A stretch of 64,000 nt of DNA, taken from NCBI GenBank assembly GCA_044892525.1, contig CM097885.1, positions 11,286,001 to 11,350,000 on the forward strand. The letters are read 5' to 3'. A program made the position numbers and the translations under genes. The notes under the pieces were generated by a model. That model saw only the letters and a list, made by a program, of their open reading frames with translations, searched no databases and was not told the origin of the DNA. Position 1 is the first letter of the stretch, and each line of letters starts with the position of its first letter. Origin of the DNA: Schmidtea polychroa. Its lineage: Eukaryota. Of the stretch, positions 1 to 12,050 are shown in pieces.

Positions 1-77
1 TCCGAGTCATCGTCAAAGTCTGGACTCAAGCCACCAAAAAGTGGTCCTACTTCAGAAAATATCTGACCATCATCAGT

Positions 78-370
78 TTAGTCAAATCCTAAATAATGCT
101 CATATGCCAGACTGGAATTAGGCCCCATCCATAGTCTCTTGTCATCGTTGTTCGACAAGGCTATTTTACTGTTCTTAAAAGTAAAGAGCTGGTGGTTACG
201 CGTCCCTATTCTAGTTTTTGGCACCGTATATACTAAGCTATTGTTGTAGCAGTCTAAATAAGACTGGTGCCCTATCTCAGTATTACCAAGCTGAACTCCC
301 TTAGCCCTAAGTGTTGCCTTATCTCCTAACAAACTATAACACTTAGGGCGCAAGAAAACCCACTCCTTCT
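78..370 (-). pseudogene. Protein-primed DNA polymerase B, C-terminal fragment
   Basis: WVFLRPKCYSL..KGV..DDKRLW..SLAY matches the C-terminus of the copy 2 pPolB. The rest of the gene is replaced by a TIR fragment. Confidence 0.9.
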
Positions 371-434
371 ATTAACCAATCAAAATCATACGGTATTAGT
401 ATAAATAAAACATCATATTTTAATTATTGTAGAA

Positions 435-779
<345 letters not shown>

Positions 780-806
780 ACAACAACAAAGGAAAGGATA
801 CATTTA

Positions 807-1218
807 TTAAAAATCAAATTTTTTGTACAATAACCAAGCTAAACAATGTTGACCACATGTTTGGGTCAAAGGATTTTGAAACATAGTTTTATTATACACA
901 ATAGGTTTCCCCATTGTTTGTAGTTTTGATATCAACAAAGCCGGGTAATAAAAACCCAATGGATCGAACACGAAAATATTACCAGGTTTCATATATATAG
1001 CTATCCAATGTTCTCCACCAAGATGAGACGATTGAGTATTGACGATTATTGCTTGATTATTGCTCAAATATGGAATTTTATCAAGAGGAAAAACTCCAAC
1101 AAATTCATTTCCCAATATCTGTTTTCCAATTTTATTGACCTGAACAGAACTACTTAAATAAATCCAGAGTATAAAAAACAACTTACTCCATGACAACTTT
1201 TTGTGTTTCTGTATACAT
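807..1218 (-). CDS. Adenain-like cysteine protease, spliced (exons 1218-1187 and 1152-807)
   Basis: GEHWIAI, FDPLG and QNPLTQTCGQHC motifs. The ATG follows the MCP stop. A 34-nt GT-AG intron restores the frame. Confidence 0.88.
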
Positions 1219-2434
1219 TTATACCAACACTGTTCTATTTGCAGTAATTTGAACTTCATTTTCAAATACTCCGTATATTATAACATGTACTGGTTCAGTA
1301 ATAACTTTTGCAAACTTTATATCCAGTCGTAAATTTCCATTTTGAGGTAATTGACTTTGATTTAAATCAAAATCAGGGGCTAAAACAAATGTAAAAAATG
1401 GGTATTTGCTTTTAAAATCTTCTAGAGTTATTCCGCAATTCAAAATTTTATCTAAATAACCCAGATTTCTAACAATACTCTGCATATATGTCGCACAGTA
1501 ATTGTCATTCTCGAAATCTTGAATATATGTTTCTCTATAATCAGTATTTTTCGACAAAGTCAATGATGTAACACCAAAGTTTTTGAAAATTGAGCTGGAC
1601 GCAGTATATGATCCATTATATTGTGCTTCACTTTGAAATGTTATCAGAATAAAATTAGGCATTCTTCTGTCACCAAATATTTGTTCTTTATAGAATGATG
1701 AAGCACCTTTAGCAATAGCAAATTGTACAATTTCCTTTGTTTTTAATGGATAAATTGCATGTTTTGAATTAAGACCCAATTGATGACCTGCTAATACTGA
1801 GGGGTCTAGTCGTACTCTTCTCACCAATAATTTTGCATCAACTAATTGACATATTGGTGTAGTAGTTCCACTAGTAAGAGATAATGCAGAATCAGACCTT
1901 TTCAGTCTAATATGTACATTAACTCCCGGTAGTAAATATTTCGGTTGATCCATAAAATCGAGTTGTAATGATGAGCACATGGTGAAAACCTTTGAGCCTT
2001 TTACCCACTTTTTTCTTTCATCATCACTACCATAACCCATAGGTGTAAGACATGTATTTTTAGTATCAGAATTGTAATTTAAAATAGTTTCTATTAATGC
2101 CTTGTGAATGAATGTATTATTTCCGCCGTCAATCTTGATATTATTAAATCCCAACACTGCATCTTTAAAAAGAGTATGAAACAGGAAATTGTTCGGTATT
2201 ACATCTGCATTGGCATCCAAAACTTTTCTATCTTTATCTACAACCTTAATCTGAACAGTCAATAAAGTATCGTTCAAATCTAAATATTTGCGAACCATTA
2301 ATATAAAACTCGATATCATTTCTACTATCGGTAATTGAATTCATAGGAAAAACTTCCTCAAATGCCCCAAATTTTATTACAGCCTAGGGCGACGGTCTAT
2401 CAAATATACATAATTCAGATTTACCACAAATTAT
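1219..2434 (-). pseudogene. Major capsid protein (double jelly-roll, PY), disrupted at the 5' end
   Basis: Homologous to 33445-34668. ATG changed to ATA, early TAG, and a small deletion near 2290. Confidence 0.9.
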
Positions 2435-2799
2435 TTTGCAAATATAGTTCCATGTCCTTTCATTCGTTTGTTTATACGTGATATTCCATGTCTTTTACGT
2501 TTTGGAGCTGGAGCTGGAGCTGGAGATTTTTCTTTTTGAAACATACCTGCAACCCCCGGTAAAACTTTCCCTAATTCAGCTAAAGCATTTGTTTTTAGAG
2601 ATGGTAATATTTTCTGTTCATTCATAATAACGTCTTTTGCAGTTTTCATACCAAAACTACCAATACGTTTAAGAATAGGCAATGCAAATCTACCAATTGT
2701 TCTCAACCATCCCGATCCGTACTGTTTACCAATAAAATATGGTAATTCACCGCCAGATTGGCTACCACTATACATACTAATAATATCAGAATTAGCCAT
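2431..2799 (-). CDS. Putative virion core / membrane-active protein with protease cleavage motifs
   Basis: QSGG and QYGSG followed by the amphipathic WLRTIGRFALPILKRIG; basic C-terminus. Lies between penton and MCP. Confidence 0.72.
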   Translation of the reverse strand: MANSDIISMYSGSQSGGELPYFIGKQYGSGWLRTIGRFALPILKRIGSFGMKTAKDVIMNEQKILPSLKTNALAELGKVLPGVAGMFQKEKSPAPAPAPKRKRHGISRINKRMKGHGTIFAK

Positions 2800-3859
2800 T
2801 TATTTTACGAAAATGTAATGTCAAATGAGTTTTTGAACCTTTTGGAAAGTTTATAAGTTTTCCACTATCATCACGAATATTTATTTCTATATTGTTTATA
2901 CATGAACTTGCTATTGATAAATACATGGGATTATCGATATTTATATTGACAACTTCATCATGTTCATATTTTCCAATCCATACCGATTTCAAAAGAGGAA
3001 CACTGGAATCACCAACAATTATGGGTTCGATAATGTTAGTATATATGAACATTTGTTGATGATGTTCTAGTATTCTTGGTTTGCGTATACCAGTCGAGTT
3101 TTCTCGATATTTTTGCTTATCTAATCCAAGTGAATTTGCCAAATTTTTATCAAATGTAACTTCGCAAATATCCTCATTTAAACTGAAGGTAAAAATCAAA
3201 TCTTTCACAATTTCCAAATTTTTAAATATGTGTGAACAATTGAACTTTAAATATTTAAGTAAATCATCAAGTTTATCAAAATATAATTCATCAGCAAAGG
3301 TAAATGATTCTTCAACTTCATCATTATACGACACAGATATTTTGATTTCTTCTTTCACTATACTGTTTGCTTCAAATAGATTAAAACGTAATAAATACTC
3401 GGTCTCCGTAACAATATTTTTCAACTTATTGCAACCCATTCGTTTGGCATCTTCAATAGTTTCGAATGTTATTGTAAATGGTTTAAAATCACAACTGATA
3501 TTTATTCCATCCTTGTAAAACATATAGCAATGCGAATCTAATATTTGATTCGGAATATGATATGTTTTATCATAATTACTGATAACAAAGATACCGCTAC
3601 ATGTTTTCACAATATTCCTTTTGAAATCAATCTTACATTGACTATAAAATGGGAATGTGTTGTACACGAATGTAAAATCTTGCAGTGCAACTTCCCAGTC
3701 ACCATTTAAAGAAATCGGATTCTGGAGATTGACCATAAATTTACTGGCTTGATTGTCTGGATGAATTAATGGGCAACTATTGCTCGGTAAAATAGTATAA
3801 AAATTCACTTTACTAGGTCTTTTGCTGATATCCATGACGGGTTTTGATAACCATACCAT
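2792..3859 (-). CDS. Minor capsid protein (penton, PX)
   Basis: FYTILPSNS..PDN..F...L..PI.L.GDWEVAL and IYTNIIEP.IVGD..VPLL..PMY motifs. Confidence 0.88.
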   Translation of the reverse strand: MVWLSKPVMDISKRPSKVNFYTILPSNSCPLIHPDNQASKFMVNLQNPISLNGDWEVALQDFTFVYNTFPFYSQCKIDFKRNIVKTCSGIFVISNYDKTYHIPNQILDSHCYMFYKDGINISCDFKPFTITFETIEDAKRMGCNKLKNIVTETEYLLRFNLFEANSIVKEEIKISVSYNDEVEESFTFADELYFDKLDDLLKYLKFNCSHIFKNLEIVKDLIFTFSLNEDICEVTFDKNLANSLGLDKQKYRENSTGIRKPRILEHHQQMFIYTNIIEPIIVGDSSVPLLKSVWIGKYEHDEVVNINIDNPMYLSIASSCINNIEINIRDDSGKLINFPKGSKTHLTLHFRKING

Positions 3860-4673
3860 TTTACATAGTATTGTTTATCCTTACCGACCTTTTTAGTTTT
3901 CAATATTTTTTGAATTCTAAATACTTTTGGGGGAGGAATGACTTTTAATTCCTGCTCATAAAATTTCCCTTGTACAATATTATTATCATTGTCTTTGATG
4001 ACATACATTACAGGATTCTGTTTAGTATTTATTTTTGAAATTACAAAGACTTCATCACTCCAATTTGTATCAAAATTTTTAATAAATGGTGATGCACTAA
4101 TTTTACTAATTCTAACATGGTCACCGACTTTATATTTAGGTTTTGCAATTTTTACAGATTTCTTAGAAGTCAATGATGTTTTTGATGTAATATCAACCGG
4201 TCTCAATCCATTCAGTCCTCGATGTGATGAATGATTATAACTTGTTATTATTTTCGGTAAAGCATTTACCCATTTTTTATTACCTTGATGCACGAACAAT
4301 TTCTTTAATCTATCTCTCAATGTACGATTAAATCTTTCAACATGGGCAGCTTTGTATTGAGAATGTACCGAGTAGTGATTTATTTTGCAAACCTGCTGTA
4401 TACATTAATACATGTTAAAATATATTTATTCCCATTGTTAATTTTCGAATAAGGTATCATCTCCATCAAATCCATTTGCCATAAATCGTCAATACCAAAT
4501 GTTTTATACGCTCTTGTTGGAAATCTTTTCCGCATTGGTTTGTTCAAACTGTACGCAAGCTGATCTGATAACCACTTCTGGGTTTCTTTTTTCGAATTCG
4601 GAACTCTTTTCTTTAATTTTGCCACTCCACCGAAACCGGCATCGTCTTCTGGGTTCGTCCAAATCTTCTCCAT
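3805..4673 (-). pseudogene. Retroviral-like integrase with chromodomain; internal deletion
   Basis: LWQMDL, ERFNRTL and YYVKWYGY motifs. About 230 bp, including the QTDxG motif and its intron, are deleted at ~4385. Confidence 0.9.
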
Positions 4674-4731
4674 TACAACAAGAAGATTTAAAATTAAATT
4701 TAATGTCGGGCAATGAAGGATTAGCACCCAT
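4504..4731 (-). CDS. Small ORF (MGANPS..CC) overlapping the integrase 5' end
   Basis: 75 aa and open in all three copies. The ATG lies just after the stop of the upstream gene. Confidence 0.5.
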   Translation of the reverse strand: MGANPSLPDIKFNFKSSCCNGEDLDEPRRRCRFRWSGKIKEKSSEFEKRNPEVVIRSACVQFEQTNAEKISNKSV

Positions 4732-4734
4732 TGT

Positions 4735-5259
4735 TTATGATTGATTTCCTACAACTCCACCTAATAATGATAATGCCAGAGGTATCAATGCTCCAATAAA
4801 TCCACCTTGTTGTTTATATATAATTTTCCTCATTTGCTTACGATTTTTATTATTTACTAAAGATAACAATGGTTTCCTATGTTTGCTCAATAAATGCTTT
4901 TTTGATTTAGTGATTTTAATTTTGCCTTTGACTACTTTAAGTATAATATTGAGTAAATCATCGACAACAAAATTTGGGAATGATTGCAATATATTCAATC
5001 TTTTCATACTCGGGGCTTTTAACAATGCATTAAAAAATGGAAAACTGCGATGATTTTTAACTACTTTTTTACTGGTTTTACGGGTTTTACGTTTAGGTTT
5101 AGGATTTTTCGAAATAAGATTCATTGCAGAGAAATTTTCAGTTACAAGTTTTTTAGATAGTGTATAACTAGTTGTTGGTGGAACTTTTGGAACTTTAATA
5201 CTCTTTCTAATACTTTTTCTTAATTTCCTAATATTTTTCACCCTTGCTTTTAGAAACAT
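4735..5259 (-). CDS. Basic virion core protein with C-terminal QQGG|F cleavage site and amphipathic tail
   Basis: Lys/Arg-rich, ending KQQGGFIGALIPLALSLLGG. Sits between ATPase and integrase. Confidence 0.72.
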   Translation of the reverse strand: MFLKARVKNIRKLRKSIRKSIKVPKVPPTTSYTLSKKLVTENFSAMNLISKNPKPKRKTRKTSKKVVKNHRSFPFFNALLKAPSMKRLNILQSFPNFVVDDLLNIILKVVKGKIKITKSKKHLLSKHRKPLLSLVNNKNRKQMRKIIYKQQGGFIGALIPLALSLLGGVVGNQS

Positions 5260-5277
5260 TATTATTCATAGAGGTTT

Positions 5278-5904
5278 TCAACTTTGTTTATAAACCATGG
5301 CACCTTTTGGGTTGAAAATATCTGTTTTTACTCGTAAATCATCGGGACATTGTTGCGTGAAATCAAGAAATATATATCCATGAGGTATTTTTGTAGCATC
5401 TTGAAATGCACTGATAAGAAAATTACGATTGTTAGGGTATGCTTGACGTGCAAGAAAATCAATCACTGTTGCATCTTTAGGATTCTCTAAAATAACTAAA
5501 TATTGTACATTTAAATTATGTGTTCGATGTGCCCCACCTTGATGAAATAGATTTTGTGTTATGAAAATAACTGTTACACCGACATGTCTGCTGATCTTTG
5601 TAAATAAATTATTAAAATCTTTTTCTTTATTAGCTTCTTGATACAAATCATCGATAATAATGACATCACCTTTCTTTAATCGCCTGGACCAGTTTTTATC
5701 GAATCCCTTTACTATTTTCATGTTTTTTAATTTACAGAAACTTGATTGAGTTAATCCATGTTCTTCATCAGCACCCCTATGCCAATAAATCCTGTTGAAT
5801 TTTGATTTGAATAAATTTGATTTTAATAATTTACAAACAAATAATGTTTTTCCACTACCGCTCGGACCAACGATTTGGTATACTGCATCATTTCTTAATT
5901 CCAT
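5278..5904 (-). CDS. FtsK/HerA-type packaging ATPase
   Basis: Walker A GPSGSGKT, Walker B IIIDDL, and SRH..V.VIFITQNLF. Confidence 0.92.
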   Translation of the reverse strand: MELRNDAVYQIVGPSGSGKTLFVCKLLKSNLFKSKFNRIYWHRGADEEHGLTQSSFCKLKNMKIVKGFDKNWSRRLKKGDVIIIDDLYQEANKEKDFNNLFTKISRHVGVTVIFITQNLFHQGGAHRTHNLNVQYLVILENPKDATVIDFLARQAYPNNRNFLISAFQDATKIPHGYIFLDFTQQCPDDLRVKTDIFNPKGAMVYKQS

Positions 5905-6007
5905 TTCAAAAATTTTATAAATATATGTGTATTTATTTATATTCGATGATTTAATGAACTCGTGCTCAATTTGTATATAAAGACTAATTTTCATAAATGA
6001 TTTAATA

Positions 6008-6445
6008 ATGTTAGCAAATATAAATTATCGAGGAAATTTTGATGTATCGAATATGAGGTTCCCACCAGGGAAACCCCAACAAATTATCGATAGAAGAGGG
6101 AAATATTCGATAATATTTTTCAAGACTGGTAAATGCAAAATCATGGGATGTAAGAAACCTTTGGATATTAATAAATTACAATATCGAATAAATAATATTA
6201 TAATCCAATCAATTACCGTTACTATGGATATGGGACATAGTATCAATCTTTATAACATGTCGAAAAAATGTGATTGTATGTTTGAACCGGAATTGTTTCC
6301 GGCACTAAGACTATTAAAATATAACCCTATATGTGTCAACGTGTTTGCTAGTGGAAAGGTTGTCATGTTGGGGTTGAGAAATTTGGAGTATAGAGAATTT
6401 GTTGACAATGTTCGAAATGAGATAATTTCATTGGTCGATTTCTAA
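6008..6445 (+). CDS. TATA-binding protein-like protein (Polinton-encoded)
   Basis: IIFFKTGKCKIMGCK, IQSITVT, FEPELFPAL and VNVFASGKVVMLG match the two TBP core repeats. Confidence 0.85.
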   Translation: MLANINYRGNFDVSNMRFPPGKPQQIIDRRGKYSIIFFKTGKCKIMGCKKPLDINKLQYRINNIIIQSITVTMDMGHSINLYNMSKKCDCMFEPELFPALRLLKYNPICVNVFASGKVVMLGLRNLEYREFVDNVRNEIISLVDF

Positions 6446-6519
6446 TTGGTTAATTTTTAATTGGTTATTGTTTGATTTAAACAAACGGTTTTTTGTTTAG
6501 GATTCATTTATTCAACAAC

Positions 6520-6936
6520 ATGTACAAAATACCAAGCGCAGCAAATTTAATGAAAGATATTGACGACTACGGTAAATTTAAAATTTTTATTTTCACATTT
6601 TTTATATTTATTATTTTAGAAAAATATTTAGAAGTAATGCTCAATAGGATAAAATATTATTATCCTCAAATTGCAGAAATAATCAAGGATAGAGAACCAG
6701 AAATCATTCCGGATCTCATATTCTATTCCACTCAAATTAGAATCATGGAGGTATTCCATCAATTTTTATGGGATATCAAGATTAATAGAACCATGAAACA
6801 AATGGAGCTGGAGTATCAATGTATGTTCGGATGTTCATGCTGTGCCGATCGATATCGGCGATATGTCGAATGGGAGTTAGTGAAAACTCTGAGAAGGTTT
6901 CACTACTCCCGGATTGTTGATTTAGGTTATCAATAA
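6520..6936 (+). CDS. Polinton accessory protein with CxxGCxCC motif (one short intron)
   Basis: Homologous to 39026-39437, with a GT..AG intron at the same position. Confidence 0.65.
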   Translation: MYKIPSAANLMKDIDDYGKFKIFIFTFFIFIILEKYLEVMLNRIKYYYPQIAEIIKDREPEIIPDLIFYSTQIRIMEVFHQFLWDIKINRTMKQMELEYQCMFGCSCCADRYRRYVEWELVKTLRRFHYSRIVDLGYQ

Positions 6937-7252
6937 ATGTATTTTTGTTTTTATTGTGATTTTATATTTGAAATAATAATATATAATAATAGTAATAATA
7001 ATAATAATATAAATAGAAATAGTAATAATAGAAATAATAATAATAGAAATAGAAATAATATAAATAGTAATAATAAAACATTAATAATAAAACATTAATA
7101 ATAATAATATTTCACATTAATAGAACATAAATGCAGCAATAATGCAAATGACATGCAAATTTAAACAAAGACCTGCTATAATCTGATTGGTTGATAGGCA
7201 TGAGTCAAAGGTATAAAAACCCTGTAACATTTCAATTTAATCATTATTCACT

Positions 7253-7744
7253 ATGACCAAGAAAATTTCATGCACCGAAAAACCAAAAGAAATGGTACAA
7301 CCAGTTCAAATGTTCCACAACTACAAAATGTATTTTTTAAAAGAAGAAATCAATATAAAATTGGTGTCACCGATCAAGCTAATTCCAACTAAATTTCAAT
7401 TCTTATCCGGCACGCTTTCAATGATTGATGTCAAAACTATTGATAATGTTTTTAAACGGATAGATTCGAATCTATCTTGTAATCAACATGCATGGTTCAA
7501 CAATAGATATGCAAGATTTTATGATGCTTTTGATGAAATCAGTTTCAAAGAAAATGAAAATTGGTATATAACAATTGCAATCCAGGGATATAAAGTTGAT
7601 AATAATGATGTATATTCTCCTATTTGGAAAATTATGTCTGCTAGACTTTCACAAATATTTATAATATATTTAATAAATGTATTAGTCATAATTGTTTTTC
7701 TCTTTATTAATTGCAACATAAATGCAAATGACATGCAAATTTAA
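7253..7744 (+). CDS. Polinton accessory protein, possible OB-fold SSB (stop lost relative to copies 2 and 3)
   Basis: Conserved in all three copies, with CCAAT and TATA boxes upstream. Confidence 0.6.
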   Translation: MTKKISCTEKPKEMVQPVQMFHNYKMYFLKEEINIKLVSPIKLIPTKFQFLSGTLSMIDVKTIDNVFKRIDSNLSCNQHAWFNNRYARFYDAFDEISFKENENWYITIAIQGYKVDNNDVYSPIWKIMSARLSQIFIIYLINVLVIIVFLFINCNINANDMQI

Positions 7745-7793
7745 CAAAGAAAATCTATAAACAAACTTATAATATAGTTTTAAAGTGATAAAA

Positions 7794-8193
7794 ATGACTG
7801 CGGAAAAAGGTTAACATGATTAATTAATTACCGAATTATTTATTATTTAGAATTTGTAATCAACTTTTTGTTGGAAAAGTTAGCAGAAATATCTGGTGTG
7901 AAAATTGAGGACATATTATTTATTACAAATGCCTTAAATATCGGCTGGATAGTTGAGAGTCAAGATCAGGATTTGATGATGAGGGAGAAACTCAAGAAAT
8001 TGATGAGGAAGAAACTCAAGAAATTGATGAGGAAATCTATGAACCTATAGATGAACCTATTGATGAACCTATAGAGGAACCTATAGAGGAACCTAACGAT
8101 GAATCTAAAGATAATATTACGACTGATTGTATTGATCATGTCGTTGAAAATATAATGAAATGTGGAGATGACGACTGCGAATGTGTTAATTAA
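7794..8193 (+). pseudogene. Acidic accessory protein, frameshifted
   Basis: Homologous to 40285-40619. Contains EEPI tandem repeats and a frameshift near 7970. Confidence 0.65.
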
Positions 8194-8263
8194 TAAATTT
8201 TAGTTAATTAGTGTTTGTAAATTTATTTAAAATTTTATTTAAAAATCAAACAAAATAACTATA

Positions 8264-8774
8264 TTAATTTTTATTTAAAAATCGCGATAAAGCATACAAA
8301 ATAGCAACACCTGTTGCAAGTTTTATATAGTTTTTAAATTTCATTTTCTGTTCATCTATTTCCTTCGCATTTCTGGCGAGTTGATTCAGTACGCCCCATC
8401 CGCCATTGTCTTCAATCCATGGTTGAAACTTTGACTTGATTATCTAGAAAATAATTATTAATAAAATATAGATTATAAAAGTATTACTTCTTGAGACCAC
8501 TGATAATAATGTTCAGAGTCCCATAAACTTTTTTCGATTATGATCTTCATATAAGCGGTATTCGAGTCCACTTCATCTTATCGTCACATAGGCAGTTAAA
8601 AATCCTATGAAAATAGAATTTTTTCGTTTCGAGGCAATCGGAATTGAGCACATCCTCATAATCAATATGATTTCCTTCGATAATCTTTTCGGTCCGATCG
8701 ATCAGGAAACTGAGGCTTTCCATAATCTTCTTGTTAATAACTTGGCTTAAAAGATTTTCCATAAAATGAGACAT
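8264..8774 (-). pseudogene. Bcl-2-family gene in the TIR, 10-bp deletion in BH1
   Basis: Exon 2 encodes WIEDNGGW (BH2) and a hydrophobic tail. TAGTAGGGTT is missing relative to copy 3. Confidence 0.85.
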
Positions 8775-8878
8775 TTCTACAATAATTAAAATATGATGTT
8801 TTATTTATACTAATACCGTATGATTTTGATTGGTTAATAGACTATAAATGTAAAAGAAAAGTTTTGATTTGATACACC

Positions 8879-9379
8879 ATGAAAACTATATTCATATTGT
8901 TAATTATTATAACGAGTGTGTGCTCACACAATACAACAATAACCGTGGAGTCTTTTAATAAATCAATATGTGTTTGTCCGAATACAGCCAAGTTGATGGA
9001 TATTTTATATATTCTCGACAAACCAAAATGGTCAAAGCATCCAGGAAAAAGAATATCTCAAAGATTGGAGAATTTAGAAAACAGTTATGAACTATCATTT
9101 TAATATATACAAAATATAAAAATTAAATTGATTGATCATATTGAAGTTTTCAATAACTCTATTGTTGAAAATAAAAAGAATATGAAAATTATTGATAAGA
9201 AGCATGATTATTTGTTAAAAAAGATCGAATTATTATTAAGAGAACTTCAAATAATCAAAGGATCAATAGAATATCTGAAAATCAATTCAACGTTACCAAT
9301 TTCAAACAATATTGCTGCGAATACTAGTACATCAATATTTAGTTTACCTTTGTTAATTTTACATTATTTTATTGTTTAA
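8879..9379 (+). pseudogene. Secreted or GPI-like coiled-coil glycoprotein in the TIR (one in-frame stop)
   Basis: ORFs 8879-9103 and 9128-9379 are in the same frame. Signal peptide, N-x-S/T sites, heptads and a hydrophobic C-terminus. Confidence 0.6.
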
Positions 9380-9514
9380 ATAAATGTATGTTTTGTTGAT
9401 TTGTTTAATAATACCCTTGTGAGATGTTGAGCGTGAGCAGTACCCTTTTGAGCATTACCCATAGGTGGACAAAATATTTTGTCGGATAAACTCGGAGTAT
9501 ATAGATTAATACTC

Positions 9515-9572
<58 letters not shown>

Positions 9573-9606
9573 TTATTATAATAATAATAATAATAATATT
9601 AATAAT

Positions 9607-9652
<46 letters not shown>

Positions 9653-10089
9653 TTTTTAAAAATAATAATAATTATATATCATTGATCATGGTCTTGGGAA
9701 AATGTTAATAACTTTGCCAATATTAAAGATGGGGGGGGTCAAAACATCCTGTCGAATAAACTCAGAGTATATATAATAAAACTGATCAACAATAAGTATT
9801 TATTGAATGCGATTTTTACATTACAATAATAAGTCAGTAGTAATAATTTAAAAGAAGAATGTTTTGTAAATTAGAATTCATTGGTATTTCATTGTAATTT
9901 TTAATTATCATCAATTCCACGTAGTGATGAGTTGACAATTATTCAATTTTGATGAAAATCAACATTTTTGTTAAACGTAGACATTTTGAAAAGGTTTTTC
10001 TACTGATTGTAATTAAAATTATTATAGAAGCTGTATAAAAAAAATTAATTTAAAAAAATACATTTCATAAAATACAATAAAGGATATTT

Positions 10090-10214
10090 AGTTGATTGTA
10101 AGTAGTTAGTTGTAAGTATGTGGTTGTTTGAGAGTTAGTACGTGGTATCATGTTGAAAGCATTTGTTAGTACCTAGTTAAAAATATTTAGTAACCGATTG
10201 TTTGTAACTGTTGA

Positions 10215-10254
<40 letters not shown>

Positions 10255-11900
10255 CATTAAAATTTTCATTAAAAATTTACTTAAAAAATTATTTCATTAA
10301 AATTAACTTAAAAAATATTTCATAAAAATTTTCATTAAAAATTTACTTAAAAAATTATTTCATTAAAATTAACTTAAAAAATTTTACATTTAAAATTAAC
10401 TTAAAAAAATTTTCATTTAAATTTTCATTAAAAATTACATTTATCAAAAAAGTTGGTGGTTATTCAATCTTTTGATAATAAATTTAAAAATCTTAGTTTA
10501 ATTTACTTATTACATTACTTATTTAAAAATTATTACTTTAATTTACTAATTTAGCTTTAATTTAAAATTTGAACCATTGTTTTCTTTAATTTTAAATTTT
10601 GAACCATAATTTACTTATTTAAAATTTTTAACTTTAATTTACTTATCCTTAATTTACCTAATTATTCTTGATTACTTAATTTTACATAATAATTTACTAA
10701 ACAACTAATTATAACCCTTATTTTCATATTTAACTAATAATTTAATGTGGTCATCTGGTTATAAGTACTTGGTATCTAGTTGACAGTGCTTAGTACTAGG
10801 TAAGTTACTTGGTTGTTAGTACTTGGTATCTGGTTGTTGTCGGTTGTTTGTACTTGGTAGGTGGTAGCTAGTTGTTAGCTGGTTTTTTTAGTTGTTAGTA
10901 CTTGGTAGTTGGTTAATAATACTTAGTACTTGGTTGTTGTTGGTTGTATGTACTTGGTAGGTGGTTGTAGGTACTTAGTAGTTGGTAGTTAATGCTTAGT
11001 ACCTGGTTGTTGACGGTTGTTAGTACTTGGTAGGTGGTAGCTAGTTGTTAGCTGGTTTTTTTAGTTGTTAGTACTTGGTAGTTGGTTAATAATACTTAGT
11101 ACTTGGTTGTTGTTGGTTGTATGTACTTGGTAGGTGGTTGTAGGTACTTAGTAGTTGGTAGTTAATGCTTAGTACCTGGTTGTTGTCGGTTGTTAGTACT
11201 TGGTAGGTGGTAGCTAGTTGGTTGGAGGTACTTAGTAGTTGGTTACTAATGCTTAGTACCTGGTTGTTGACGGTTGTGAGTACTTGGTAGGTGGTAGCTA
11301 GTTGTTAGCTGGTTGTAAGTAGTTGGTACAGTGTTGTTTACTGATTGTTGTTATATAGTTGTAGGTATCTGGTTGTAAATACATGTTCGAAAGTTACTGG
11401 TTGTTGGTACTATGTTTTTGGTTTGTTGTTGAATTATTATTAAAATTTGTCTTTGAAAAATATTTCAAAAAACTTTTCATTAAAAATTATCTTAAAAATT
11501 AATTCATAAAAATTTCCATTAAAAATTATCTTAAAAAATTATTTCATAAAAATTTCTAATAAAATTACTTAAAAAATTATTTCATAAAAATTTTCATTAA
11601 AAAATTTCAATTCTGAAACACCTACTATTATTCCAACTTTTTGTTAATAAATTTTAAAATCTTACTTTAATATACTTATTATATTACTTATTTAAAAATT
11701 ATTACTTTAATTTACTTATTTAAAATTTTTTACCATTGATTACTTAATTTTAAAATTTGGACCTTAATTAACTTTAATTTAAATTTTTAGAACCTTAATT
11801 TAGTTATTTGAGCCGTTTCATTACTTTAATTTAAAATTTTGGACCTTGATTTACTTTAATTTTAAAATTTGGATCATTATTTACTTTAATTTAAAAATTT
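10090..11900. repeat. Compound satellite: GT-rich 173-bp units plus AT-rich blocks repeated at ~1.2 kb spacing
   Basis: Units start at 10851, 11024 and 11197. The block near 10460 recurs near 11630. Confidence 0.85.
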
Positions 11901-12050
11901 ATTAATAATTCTGTCAAATTATTTATATTGAAATTAAAAATGTTTTTCTTTCAACTAACTGGTTGATGAATAAATTATTTATGAAACTAAAATTCTTTTA
12001 ATGAAATTTTATTTGTTTAAATATTGGTTTTACTATAAAATATTCAAGAA

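Noticed and set aside
3081..3518. Antisense ORFs over Polinton and Gypsy genes (also 30677, 35438, 45337, 58330, 59685)
   Set aside because: Shadow frames of real genes with no motifs; their recurrence follows from conservation of the sense gene.
10750..11400. Regularly repeated units as a possible CRISPR array or telomere
   Set aside because: No unique spacers, no cas genes, eukaryotic context, and not a telomeric repeat.
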